Part shown: one piece after another, positions 38,350-50,076 of the stretch | Numbering within the stretch: the stretch's first letter is position 1 | Layout: each line of letters begins with the position of its first letter | NCBI GenBank assembly: GCA_905178155.1 | Contig: CAJINV010000013.1 | Coordinates: 982,344-1,046,343 of the forward strand | Direction of reading: 5' to 3' | Origin: Amoebophrya sp. A120 | Taxonomy: Eukaryota; Protista; Dinoflagellata | DNA length: 64,000 nt | Notes under the pieces: model-generated | Seen by the model: the letters and a program-made list of their open reading frames with translations, nothing else | The model's database searches: none | What the model was told of the DNA's origin: nothing | Translations under genes and position numbers: made by a program

Positions 38350-39305
38350 GCAAAAGCGGCCAAAGCAAGGCGGCCAAAGCAAGGCGGCCAAAGCAAGGCG
38401 GCCAAAGCAAGGCGGCCAAAGCAAGGCGGCCAAAGCAAGGCGGCCAAAGCANNNNNNNNNNNNNNNNNNNNNNNNNNNNNNNNNNNNNNNNNNNNNNNNN
38501 NNNNNNNNNNNNNNNNNNNNNNNNNNNNNNNNNNNNNNNNNNNNNNNNNNNNNNNNNNNNNNNNNNNNNNNNNNNNNNNNNNNNNNNNNNNNNNNNNNNN
38601 NNNNNNNNNNNNNNNNNNNNNNNNNNNNNNNNNNNNNNNNNNNNNNNNNNNNNNNNNNNNNNNNNNNNNNNNNNNNNNNNNNNNNNNNNNNNNNNNNNNN
38701 NNNNNNNNNNNNNNNNNNNNNNNNNNNNNNNNNNNNNNNNNNNNNNNNNNNNNNNNNNNNNNNNNNNNNNNNNNNNNNNNNNNNNNNNNNNNNNNNNNNN
38801 NNNNNNNNNNNNNNNNNNNNNNNNNNNNNNNNNNNNNNNNNNNNNNNNNNNNNNNNNNNNNNNNNNNNNNNNNNNNNNNNNNNNNNNNNNNNNNNNNNNN
38901 NNNNNNNNNNNNNNNNNNNNNNNNNNNNNNNNNNNNNNNNNNNNNNNNNNNNNNNNNNNNNNNNNNNNNNNNNNNNNNNNNNNNNNNNNNNNNNNNNNNN
39001 NNNNNNNNNNNNNNNNNNNNNNNNNNNNNNNNNNNNNNNNNNNNNNNNNNNNNNNNNNNNNNNNNNNNNNNNNNNNNNNNNNNNNNNNNNNNNNNNNNNN
39101 NNNNNNNNNNNNNNNNNNNNNNNNNNNNNNNNNNNNNNNNNNNNNNNNNNNNNNNNNNNNNNNNNNNNNNNNNNNNNNNNNNNNNNNNNNNNNNNNNNNN
39201 NNCAAAGCAAAGCGGCAAAAGCAAAGCAAAGCGGCAAAAGCAAAGCAAAGCGGCAAAAGCAAAGCAAAGCGGCAAAAGCAAAGCAAAGCGGCAAAAGCAA
39301 AGCAA
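38350..39305. repeat. Simple satellite flanking an assembly gap (N 38452-39202)
   Basis: (GCGGCCAAAGCAAG)n on the left, (CAAAGCAAAGCGGCAAAAG)n on the right. Confidence 0.9.
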
Positions 39306-39559
39306 GTTCTACCTTTCTGGGGGTGTGTGAGTGTCTTGGCTCTCCCTCTTGTTCGGGGTTCGCCTTTCTCTCGGGAGGCTCGCTGGCGGGCCTGGCCCGC
39401 CCCCCTCCCTGCGAAAACAGCCTGCTGGGTTGGCTGGTTGCAAAAGGGAGAGCGCCGCCCGCGGGGGGCGTCGCCCGCGCCGAATGTGAAGCGCGCCAAG
39501 GGTTGCAGCGTCGGTCGTCGCAAGGCGGTGATAGGTCCGCTGACGTGCTTCAGCCGTAG

Positions 39560-41731
39560 CTTGGACTACCGAAAACAGGTCACGAGCCGGGGCACGTGTC
39601 TCTCGCCTCGCAGCCGGGGCGCGAGGTCACAGCAGGAGAAAGAAGAGGAGAAGAAGCGCTGTAGCTTCATCGTGTCGGCCAACAAGAAGCTTCGCGACCC
39701 TGCTACGCCCTCGAGTGAAAAAGACAAAATTTTGACCGGGCTCCAGTCCTACAGGTTGCGGTTTGTGATACAGACGCTGGGATGGAATGAGACAAAGAGC
39801 TTTCTGAAACACCTTGACTCGCTCCAAGTAGTGAAGGCCAAGAATTTGCACGCGGATTGGGAGGGGCAAAAGACGAAGGAGATCGCTTTGTTTAAACTGA
39901 AAGCACTGCTTGGGCGCTTTCCGAACGTATATACTTGCCTCCCCTGTTGCCCTTTCTTACTTTGCCTCACGTGATGGATGGAGCATTTTGTCGTAGGTGT
40001 ATTATATATTGTGGCCCGTTTTTAATTTTGCCGTAGGTGCATTACAAACATAGTATCAAATGCAAACGCGCCTGGTGGGTCTGGAGGGTTGCGCCTTGTC
40101 GTGCTAAATGCGAAACATGCGAAAAACCTGTGTTGCCTGGACACCAGCAGCCCTCTTGTTTTGCCAATTTTAAAGGGAATCTCTCATGCAAGATAGGCAT
40201 GGCCAGAGATCTCACATAATTTGTCATGCTGCATACCAGACCTGCACCTCGCGGGTCGGGGTCATGGACAACCTGCATGACAGATCTGGCATCCTTCGTT
40301 CCAGACCCAGACAGATTTGCATCTTGGTGAACACTCGATATTTGATGACTATTTCCACCGCGGCCGCCCGTGAATAACTTAGCAGGGCCGTGTGCTCTAA
40401 AACCATAAATAGAGATCTTTGATTGAGTTTGAAAACCTTTATCAGGTGCCGGAGAAGGTTCAGGAGGCCGCGCGGGCCGTCCGGCTCGAACCTTTCGGAA
40501 AGATCACGGAGCCCCTCGAGATCATCCAGTGCAGGGCAGTACCAACTGCAAATATGTCTGGGTCTGGAACGAGTGGGATCTGTCATGCTAGTTTCCACCA
40601 GCGCAGATCTGCATTGCAGGAGCGGTCGGAGGTGTTGCGCAGATCCTAGCCTCCCGGAGAGGGCATTTGTCATGCAGGACAAGTATGAGCAAGCCTGCGC
40701 GAGAGTTGTGACGCTAGACCTAGATCAAGAGCCCGCGCCACATGTATTACGGGTCATGCATGACAAACACAAACCTCACTTCTCCCCGCACTTCTGTTTA
40801 GCATGACAAACACAAACCTCCCCAATCTTCCAGACCCAAACATCTTTGCAATGCATAGGCAGAGGCGGCCTCTTCGCCGGGCCAGATGTACGACTTGGAA
40901 TTGCGGCTGGACTCCCTTTCGTTCCGTTGCTCCTGTCCGTACCACGCCGGTTTTTGCAAGCACCTGGTCCGCATGGCCGACGCGTACAACGCTGTTCATT
41001 TTAGATTTCTTTGCTTTTCAAATACCTCTCAAGCTCAGTAAGTCCCTGCTAGAACGTCGCTGGATCTGCATGCCTACTACAATTGTCTTCGGAGAAGTAT
41101 CTTCGCCCCGCGCTCGATTGTCTATCTTCGCAAACTGCCACCTATCAGGTTATATGATTGGGCCGCGCTACAGCCGCACCCCGTGCATATATGAAAGGGC
41201 ACAACCCCCCCTCCCGCTCTCCCTTCTTTGCCGTACAAGATTCCGAGTCGAGCCTTTGCCTGTTAGCATTGTCTGCATGACAGATTGACTCCGGACTTCA
41301 CAGCAGCCCTACAACCTTGTAGGATTTTTTCATGCAGAAGCTGCACCTTTGCCAGCGCTTGCGCTGCTGCTCATGCAACACAAATGAGGGGGAGGGGGGG
41401 TTGTGCACTTTCATAGTATGTGGGGAAGACCCAGGACGCGCTCGACATGTTTTCGCCGGCTGAGAAGATGGTTTTTGATCTGCTCAACTCCACGGACATG
41501 CCCCTCGGGAAAATTTCCGCGGTTGACATTTTGATGGGCAAGGGGACAAAGCTGAAGGACTCAGTCTACCGAGGCCGTGGCATGCAGATCCCGAGCGCCG
41601 AGAAGACGCTGCACGCGGCTGTCGACAACTTGGAGAAGACCGGCGTCTTGAGGAGGATCCCGATCAGAGCCGGACTTCCGCACACAAGGCTAGTCGTTGC
41701 TCGTGGTCTCGGTGGGCGCGGGAAGAAGTAG
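39560..41731 (+). CDS. MULE-borne protein region: helical N-terminal part + SWIM zinc finger + RQC-like winged helix (separate gene or transposase C-terminus)
   Basis: Spliced: ...LLGRFPN|VHYKH|SIFDDYF...IIQCRA|EAASSPGQMYDLELRLDSLSFRCSCPYHAGFCKHLVRMADA|LYDWAALQPHPVH|VGKT...LGKISAVDILMGKGTKLKDSVYRGRG...AVDNLEKTGVLRR...HTRLVV. Confidence 0.7.
40054..40329. mobile_element. IR-introner family A
   Basis: TATCAAATGCAAA...GGGTCTGGA / TCCAGACCCAGACAGATTTGCAT; right end degenerate. Confidence 0.75.
40540..40857. mobile_element. IR-introner family A
   Basis: TGCAAATATGTCTGGGTCTGGAA TIR; perfect TSD GGCAG. Confidence 0.88.
41190..41415. mobile_element. IR-introner (TATGAAAG-GCACAACCCCCCCTCCC family)
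   Basis: 26-bp TIR with one mismatch; flanks GCATA/GTATG. Confidence 0.85.
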
Positions 41732-43145
41732 TCGCCTTTGGGTCTATGTCTTTCTTCCGGATTTACTAGTCGGCCAGCTACGTTTACACTTTCTTCTCCA
41801 AATCACCGACGCTTTTTGCGCCTCTGTAGATGCTTCCTTTTACTGTTGTGCCCAGTGTTGCGACTTCTTACTACTACAACTCGTTTTGTTGTTGATATGT
41901 TAGCTCTAGATCCTATCTCTCTTCGGACGTCAGCACCTTGCTATACTTTTAGTGACTTCGACACTTTCTACCGTTACGGCATTTTATGACTCTATTACTG
42001 GCGTCTTCACCACATGCTACGGCGCTTTTCTTCTGTTTATTCGCTCCTTTACTCTGACTCTCTCATGTCCAGACATAAAGATGTGCGCGAGCCTCAGTCT
42101 CGAGAACGAAGATGAACCTATCCACCAGATTACGTTTTTGCAATACACATTCGGTCTGTCTAGCTTTCGTGTAAAGCTTCCAGTGCTTTCATCGTTGTAA
42201 TTCTCTTAAAACGCAACCGATTTGAGTGTCTTCAGCATACAGACTGCAGCTCGTGCTTGGATTTCAAGCATAGATGACGCCTGTGAGTAGAACGCACAGA
42301 GATCGACGACTGTGGCCGTCAAGTATAAATGGCGCTCTACTCGGGAGTACAGTGACGGAAGCTAGTAGACGGCGTTGCTCCTAGCCGTATTTGGAGCCAG
42401 TTTCGGTATATTGGAGTCTGGCAGCAAGAGTGCAGCTCGTAGATTCTGAACATTTCTGCTTTGACGGTTAGGAACATGAAGCAAAGCCGAGCGAAGGGCT
42501 TGGAAACGTAAACGATATCGGCGTGCAAGTATGCACTGAGAGGGGCAAAACTCCGCGGGCCCTGAGCTGGCTGTAGCCCTTAGAAGTATTGCAGAGGAAC
42601 ACGAAGCTGCAGGTGCTTAGTTTCGTATGACGATTGCTTAGGGGCTTGTGCGTGCTTGGAGTTTTTTTCCATTCGCGCGCGCCCTTTCAGCAACAAAAGT
42701 AAAAGGGGTCCACAGGAAACACGCCAGACCTCTCGCCATCATCGAGTGTGTCTGCTACCTGTCCCCGACAAATAAAAAAAAAAGAAGTTTACATGTCCGA
42801 AGCAAAACAATACTCAGTAAGGAGGTACGACGCGCAGCGACACATCGTTGAGTCGCGCGCGCGATCGTTGATGCGCAAAGGTTGAGGCGCGTCAGAACGT
42901 TGAGATGCAAACGTTGAGATTCTGGTCTGTTAACCTAAAATAAACCTGTTTCTTCGGGTTCGTACTAGTAGCTGCACTCGATAACATAATGTAGTAAACA
43001 AAGTAAGTAAGTAGACCAGCAAAATCTTCATTCGCTTCGTAAAGGTAAACATTTTGCTACTGACGCGCAGAAAAATCGAAGTTCGCGGTGAAGGATCAGG
43101 TGGACAGTAACATCCTCCCTCCGGTATTCCAGCCCCAAAAGCCGT

Positions 43146-44508
43146 TCATGGAAATGTCTTCTTGGTCATGATTGTGTAAAAGTCCTCTACTGAAATCTCG
43201 CCATTGCCCATACTGTCTGCGTATTACGAGGAAAAGTGCCAGGGTCGCGCAGTGAGATATTCATTTTCGAAGTAGATCTTTCTTCTACCCGCTAGGCATG
43301 CAGCTTTGTGATTTTGAGAGCTTTTGTAGTATTCATTGATATGTTTACTTACCGCATCAAACAAGAACGTTGGAATATCTTCGATACACCAGCGTGAAAA
43401 AGATTCTACAACCGCGACGCTGCTCACTGAGCTTTCCCTGACACTTTTGCAATGCATAGAGCGCGCTCGATCATTTCCCTCAGTTCCTCGTCGGACATCG
43501 TTTCACCTTTGTAGTATAGGTACATTTTCATACATAGTATTTGGCCGTCTCGTCAGAACTCGGTTTTCTTGTTCTGAAAATAAGAATTATCGCTTTGTTT
43601 CTATTTCTATATCGATGCGGAAAATGCAAAGCCAATCAAATACCGAGTTCCTTCGCCACTCTCTTCAGGTTTTTCGAAGTGATGGCTCCCGTCTTATCGT
43701 CGTCGAAAAGCGCGAAAATTTTGGAGATGCCTTCCCGCGTCTCCTTGTCGCCGAGCTTGGCGGTTATTGCGTCCAGAAATTGCTCGAATTCGATCATGCC
43801 AGACATATCTCGGTCCAGGTCCTGGATCATCTGGAATACCTGGGTTTTTGGAGTCAGTTGTATGGAAAATTGCAGCATCAAACCACCTATGAAGTCTAGT
43901 TATCGGCGTCGAAAAGAGAATGCGAGAATGGAATCATGATCATGCTCCTCATCATGCATGTTGTTCATGTTCAGTGGTGGGCAGCATTAGATAGAAAAAC
44001 CGTTGTACCGTTGGATTTTTTGAGTCGAAGCCCAAGCTTTGCATTGCGTGTTTCAGCTCCTTGGGGTCGATGGTGCCGCTACCTTTGAGCAGTTTTATTT
44101 GTTCTTCTTTTTCTCGATCGTCTCTATCACTAAAACTAGATCTAGATTCACGACAAATTATAAGCCTCGCATGAAATGAAGTTGTAATTCAGCGCATGCG
44201 CATCAGAAACAAGTTTGAGTGTCATACCTGTTGTGTCGAACAGGTTGAATGCTTCCCTGATCTCGTCGATTTCATCCTCCGTCAAACCTGGTCTCTCGTA
44301 CCTGGAAAGAAGAAGCAGTCGATTTTTCATATCATGCACCAGCAGCTTCCGCAGCACTACGGGTCGTCGTCGTGTCATGTCATACACAGACTTGCTCACG
44401 CACTTCCTGCACGAAAAAATTGTAGTTCGTGTGCCATGTGAAAATGTCTATATACGTCAGTTTTCTCCTGCCACCGCCTCGGGAGCCAGCGCCTGCTCGT
44501 GACGCCAT
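43146..44508 (-). CDS. Centrin (EF-hand; alveolate [10 protein letters not shown] type), multi-exon
   Basis: [18 protein letters not shown]|[24 protein letters not shown]|[20 protein letters not shown]...[22 protein letters not shown]|[15 protein letters not shown]|[23 protein letters not shown]. Confidence 0.93.
43222..43458. mobile_element. IR-introner in centrin
   Basis: TAT...AAAAGTGCCAGGG / CCCTGACACTTTT...ATA; shared GCG flank; removal gives ERA-D. Confidence 0.8.
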
Positions 44509-45682
44509 TTTTGCTTTCTGTGATCTTCTTCCGGTGTAGAAAACGAATTTCTACCTCTACCGCACAAAGAACCTAGGAATAACGTTGTCGTGTGAGGAAT
44601 AGGAATACCATGTCGAAAAGCAGCGTTTAATAAAGCGAAGTAGCGAGGGCAGTTTTGTCCTCTTGCACAAAAAAATAGAAGGCCGTTCACGCATCCACCT
44701 TCCTTTACAGTAGCAGAAAGCACCTCTAGTACGTCTACGTCGCCATTTTTGGACACCCAAAATCAACTCGGCTTGTTGCTGTTGGTTTCGTCGGCGCTAA
44801 AAACAACTCTGACTTTTTGCAGCTTCTGCTCACCGGCCTGCTCAGGGGACACACAACTGACACCTCTCAAGTGAAATCAACGCGGTATAGACGAGAATTG
44901 TTCTGATGGCGCAGCCGCAGCTCTTGTGAACAGATCATCATGTTGACGCAAGAGGACCCAAAGCAAGAAACCATTCTGCTAGGAGCAGGGAACGCGGAAA
45001 AGGACACCAAGTTCGTTCCTTCGTTCTTGTAGAGGGGTTAGTAGTTTAGAGGTACTAACTTTCAAAGGGATTATTTTCACTCAGATCAACGTCGTGGTAA
45101 AACAGAGGAGCCCCAGGAGAAGGCTCTCCCGTTGTTGTTCTGTGCGTTTTTGTGAGCTAAGCAAGGGACAACATCTACTTTATGCGGGATGTTGTTGCCC
45201 TTGCCTCGTTTCATGTGCCGATTGGGTCCTGCCGCACCCACTCGGTCGACGTCCACAGCATACTTGCATGAGCGTTTTGGTACTAAAATGGTTCTTATAT
45301 TCGGTATGCCAACATAGTAGAGGAAAAAGAAACGACCCCCGTCATCCAGTGGGGCTAGTAAGGACACCGACTGACTGTGTGTGTGTGTGTGTCGCTGAAG
45401 ACGGGGCGTGGAATCAAAAAAACGATCAAAAGTCAAAGTCTGCACTCATTTTGGTCTCTCTACTCCTTATCTTTTTTTGAAAATAGCCTGCCGAATAGGC
45501 AATATCCGAGTGCTTTCCGAATGTATTCAAAATTTCGTTTCTGAGCAGGTAAAGAAAACCCCAGAAACAAACGTAGTTCACTGCAGAAATATTTACTCTT
45601 CTTCATCTTTAAATTTAATCATCTTCAAGAAGTATTACGACGTGGCCCCAGCAAGAGCCGGGAACAAACGACATCCACTCCT

Positions 45683-48600
45683 TTACACATTGTTTGCCGC
45701 GCCGCTACCACGCTTCATCTTGTGTTTTTTATTTTTTCCGCTACTCCCAGACGAAGTACCGAATCCCCCCGTGCATCCGCGATCATAGGTCGCCTCGCTC
45801 CGGTGAGACACCGGCGACCCGATGTTTTCACCCGATAAATTCTCCTGATCGCCATGATCGTCCTGCTGTTCTCCCGAAGACGAGTTGTTGCTGTCTTTAT
45901 TCCGCACTTCCTTTTTGATCTCCTTCAGTTTGTCCTTGGTATCAAATGCAGAAGTGTCTGGGTCTGGAAGAATGCATGTTTGTCATGCTTGTCTGGCGTG
46001 ACTCTTAAATCTGTTATGCACGTTACCCAAGAGCTCCATTTTTCTGTGATGCAGAAACGCAGTTTGTCATGCAGAATAGGCAACACCTAGAAGCTCAGAA
46101 ACTTGTCATGCTGAGCCAGCACTTGTGGCCCCATCATGAGACGCCACCCAGCATCACAAGTTTCCAGACCCAGACACTCTTACATTTGATACTTGGCCTC
46201 CTTCAACAACTTCTTCTCCGTTTTCTTCGCTTCTTCCGCCTTCAACCACCGATCGTACTGCGATTTCGTCATCCACTCCGTCACGGACGCTTGGAAAAGC
46301 TGGCTCACGACCACGAGCCAGGAGCCGATAAACAGCAGCAACAAAATCCACGCACTGCCTTGTCGTCCGGCTTTCGGCCGGAACAGTTCCTGGATCCACA
46401 GTGGCGTCGTGCGGTACTCTTCCGGCTGTTGGGGCGGAGTGGGGTTCAAAAACCTGATTTGTTGATAGATAGATTAGAGAAAACAAAATGCTGTTGATGC
46501 TTTACGACTTGTCATTACGCTGCGGCTGCCTGGAAGTAGCTCCTCTCGATCCATTAAGAAGGAACCGAAACAACAATCAGGAAAAGCACATCATGCTGGC
46601 CACACAGTGGGAACCACTGACTAGTTCAACTAACATGCTGGAGCTGGCACGACATTCTCTAAAAAATTCGTACGTGTGGTCTACGTCTAGTTTTTCAGTA
46701 CATACTTACTTCCGCTCTACCTCCACTCGTCCGCGTGATGGAAGGGTAGGAGAAGGTAGAACGGCGAGATCGCCAACCGCCACCACAAATGGGATTTCGA
46801 GTGGTAGATCTTCACCTCCACCATGGACATCACCCCGCAGAGGTAGCACCCCAGGGCAAACTGCATTTCGTGCCCGAATTGCATCCACCAGGTCGCTCTT
46901 TGCAGCATGGTCCTGGTGGCCGGGTCGACGGAGCGGCGATACGGAGCTTGGTCGTTCTCGGGGGCCGCCGCTGCTTCCCCAAAGGGGAGGGCGGGGAAGC
47001 AGTGGATGAGACACAGCAGAATGTAGGCCGACCAGAATAAGACCAGCAAGACACTATGGACCACGCAGGGTGCGATGCACCCAAAGCATTTTTTCAGTTC
47101 GAAAAGCTCTGGCTCCTGATACGCCTCGTACGCACCGGAAAACTGGGGTTTGATCAAATGGATGTACAGTACAACAAACGCGATATCGTTCGTACTAGTT
47201 CTATCTGTAACAATAACAGGTCACCAGCATAGGCGGCACAAGTGTAAAACTAAAATAATATTGCTGTACAATAGTGGATGATGTGAAACACCAAACCCAA
47301 GCATGCAAGCTTGTTCATCACCAACGCAAAATTACCACGTAGAAAATTCTACCCGATCCTGGCCCGCTAGCAATCCGGTTTGCTCTCCGGGCCCGTTTTG
47401 CCCATGGTTCACCTCGTCCCCATTTGCGCGCCTTTGCGGCGGCCGGTCCCCAACGTACGCATACCCGTTCTGCCCCTGCCAGTTATCGAGCAACCGCCTT
47501 CGCGGAAATTCTTCCAAAAATCTTCCGAAATGCTTCCAGCGCCCCAGCTTTTCAATGCGCCCACAGCCTGTAAGCTGTGGGGCCATCTATTTATGTCGGG
47601 CCAGTTGTGGCTGCGGCCACATCGATTTGCAGGCGGAGAACAGACTTAAGAGCGCCGTAGCGCCGGGCTCAATTTTTGAGCCGCACGGCACTACGAACCG
47701 CAAAAAGCGCCAATCAAACATCGCAAGCGAGGCGATGCGTATCGAGATACACCGCCCTGCCAAGCAACTTGCCCAGATTCGGCAGCGCCCTGTAGGTGGC
47801 CTACTGGGACACCAGAGGGGAAGGGCGCAACCAGAATGAACTCCGGGCCAGGCCGGTAGCGAGGTGCCGGACGGGCGGTCGGGTGCAGGTGTGCGAGGTA
47901 GGCCGCGCGCTGCCGGGCGAAAAAGTGGCGCCTTGGCGCATTACAAATTGCTTTTTTCAGAAAAAAAAAAAATTTCGATTTCCCTTTCGCCCAGGAGAGT
48001 CGACCATACCGTTGGCGGAAGGATTTCGGAAGGATTTCGGAAGCATTTCGGAAGGATTCCGGAAGGATTTCCGGAAGCCTCGGGAAGGATTTTCGCGAGC
48101 ATTCCGGAAGCCCTTCCGGCGGCCCCTTCGGAAGGATTTTCTGTTGGCCCTCTTCAGGGACAGCTGTCGGCTTGCGACGCACTCCGCGAGCCGCGGGTCC
48201 TTCCACAAGCAACCCATTACGGCCCGGCGGCTGCATCTTCTATCTAAGGCCGCGGGCCGGCCCCCTCCGGGCGCGACAGGCTTGCTGGGAAGCCTGCCTC
48301 GGCCTTTCGTTAAGTTCGTTCCGCTGTAGTGCACAACACAGGGGGCAAGGGGGCGCAACTCGCCCGATTTCCGGCGCTGGTTTAAGGTGGCAATGGGGCG
48401 CAAGCCCTACAGCGAGCGGCTGCGCGCCACGCCTCGGGCTACTGTCTACGCCACCCTGCCGCGGTGGGCTGCCCGTCCCAGGGCAGAAAAACAAGAAGGC
48501 CGTCCGGCTGCACTCAGGGCTGGGGCGCCGCGAACTTTGCCGGGGTGCTGGAAGGATTTCGGAAGATTATTGGAAACATTTCCCCCCGATTGTGTTAACA

Positions 48601-48924
48601 GGGGTGGCCGTTTGTAACCTGCCAGTTATCGAGCAACCGCCTTCGCGCCGACCGGACCGTGCCACCGCTCTGGAGGCTCCTCCGCGCTGCAGTCGAGTTA
48701 TTCGTGTTGCCCCGGTCCTCGTCTTCCGTGCAGTCGATTCCCAGCAGCCCGGGCGAAAATAGCTGTTGACGCGAGGACGAGCCAGGGCCGCTGCTGTAGT
48801 TTTGCGGTGGCGTGCTGTAGTTCTTCTTTTTTTTCGCGCTGCGCTGGAAAAAGGAGTTGCTGCCGCCGCGCTCTCCGGCATCCCTGCTGATCAGGTCTTC
48901 CTCGTCCTCGAAAGGGTTTGCCAT
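45683..48924 (-). CDS. Multi-exon multi-pass membrane protein of unknown function
   Basis: MANPFEDEE...RRRLLDNWQ|GQNGYAY..., hydrophobic exons 46717-47157 and 46192-46449, EAK|DKLKEIKK C-terminal exon. Confidence 0.7.
45940..46191. mobile_element. IR-introner family A
   Basis: TATCAAATGCAGAAGTGTCTGGGTCTGGAA TIR; perfect TSD CTTGG. Confidence 0.92.
47505..48617. mobile_element. 1113-bp insertion flanked by a perfect 30-bp exon duplication; forms GT-AG intron 47476-48618 (minus)
   Basis: DR CCTGCCAGTTATCGAGCAACCGCCTTCGCG at 47475-47504 and 48618-48647; ~43-bp imperfect IRs; central GGAAGGATTTC 11-mers (48017-48140). Confidence 0.88.
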
Positions 48925-50076
48925 GGCCGTGCTGTCGTGGGGAAAATGGGTACTATTGCAGAGATCCACCAGATCCTCTCAAGTAAACATAACGACGCGA
49001 TTAAGTAACCGTTGAAATTCTTTAGAAAAGACAAAGAGGTGAGACAACAGCAAGGACAACTACTTTCGTTGTGAATCTTCACAAGATTTGGAGGCACGAA
49101 CGAAGGAGCAACAACTCGATGCTGTCAGTGTCAGGCACGAAATCTGATCTGTCTAAACAAGAAACCTAAAACAGATGATGCCGCAATTTGCACAGAAACA
49201 GGATCAACTTTTAACCTCGAGCACGCAATAAACACGAACGGAAAAATCGAGATAGATAGATCTTACCTCCTTGGGCCTCTTCACTGTTCATTGATCTCTA
49301 GAACGCAAGGAAGGAATACTTCTTTGGTCTTGGTACCAAGAAAAAACAGGTTTGTTCTAGTCGTGACTGCTGGCATAATTGAGTCTCCAAAAGAAAAACG
49401 CAGCTGAAACAATAACAACTTCAGGGCGTGCAATGAGCATCACGATGTTGATCCTGGTGATCGTTGTTGGAAAGGGAAACGGATTACTTCTAATTGTAGT
49501 CTTTGTGCTGCAAAAGCAAAGACCTACTTTCTCGATGCACGAGATAGTCCTGAGGTGGGTGAACAACACAAATGACAAGCGAATATTTCTGTGCTGGAAT
49601 ACCACCAACATTAGTAATGCTCGCGAGCAGCCTTATTTCCTCGTCTTGTTTCTTTTGTTGTTTTGCAAGAAATCAAATCAACGTCCGCTTTCAAAAACAA
49701 ACGACTGAGGTCATGATGTCGGTAGTTGTAACGTCAGATAGAAGCCACAGCCAGCAGGGTTCTTGTGAACTTGTTTATTTGCAGTTTTTCTAAGAATTTG
49801 CACATTTCACCTTGACACTTTCATTCATTTTCGGAAAAAATTAAATAGGCGTCGAGAGCTGCAACTGTTCGTGGCGATTTCATGACCGCCCCCCTGAGTT
49901 GCATTTTCCACGTCCGGGTCGTCGTTCTGTGCCACTAGTGGCGCGACGGCACGGTGGCGCACCCGTCGTGGAACAAGACCACGAACGAAGATCCTTGTAG
50001 TTCCCCCGGACTGCGGAACCTCAATTATCCAGACATCCATCCCCATCTCGTCCTCCGTGTCAACCTCAATATCAAT

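Larger units (their letters stand above)
30522..42935 (+). mobile_element. Mutator/MULE-type DNA transposon, ~12.4 kb including an assembly gap
   Basis: TIR GGTTAGCAGACCAGAATCTCAAC (30522-30544) vs GTTGAGATTCTGGTCTGTTAACC (42913-42935), one mismatch; perfect 9-bp TSD TAAAATAAA (30513-30521, 42936-42944); subterminal CTCAAC/GTTGAG repeats; internal transposase. Confidence 0.92.

Noticed and set aside
37854-39523. Long ORFs across the N gap
   Set aside because: Artefacts of Ns and simple repeats.
30522-42935. The MULE as the mobiliser of the introners
   Set aside because: Termini (GG versus TAT) and TSD length (9 versus ~5 bp) disagree.
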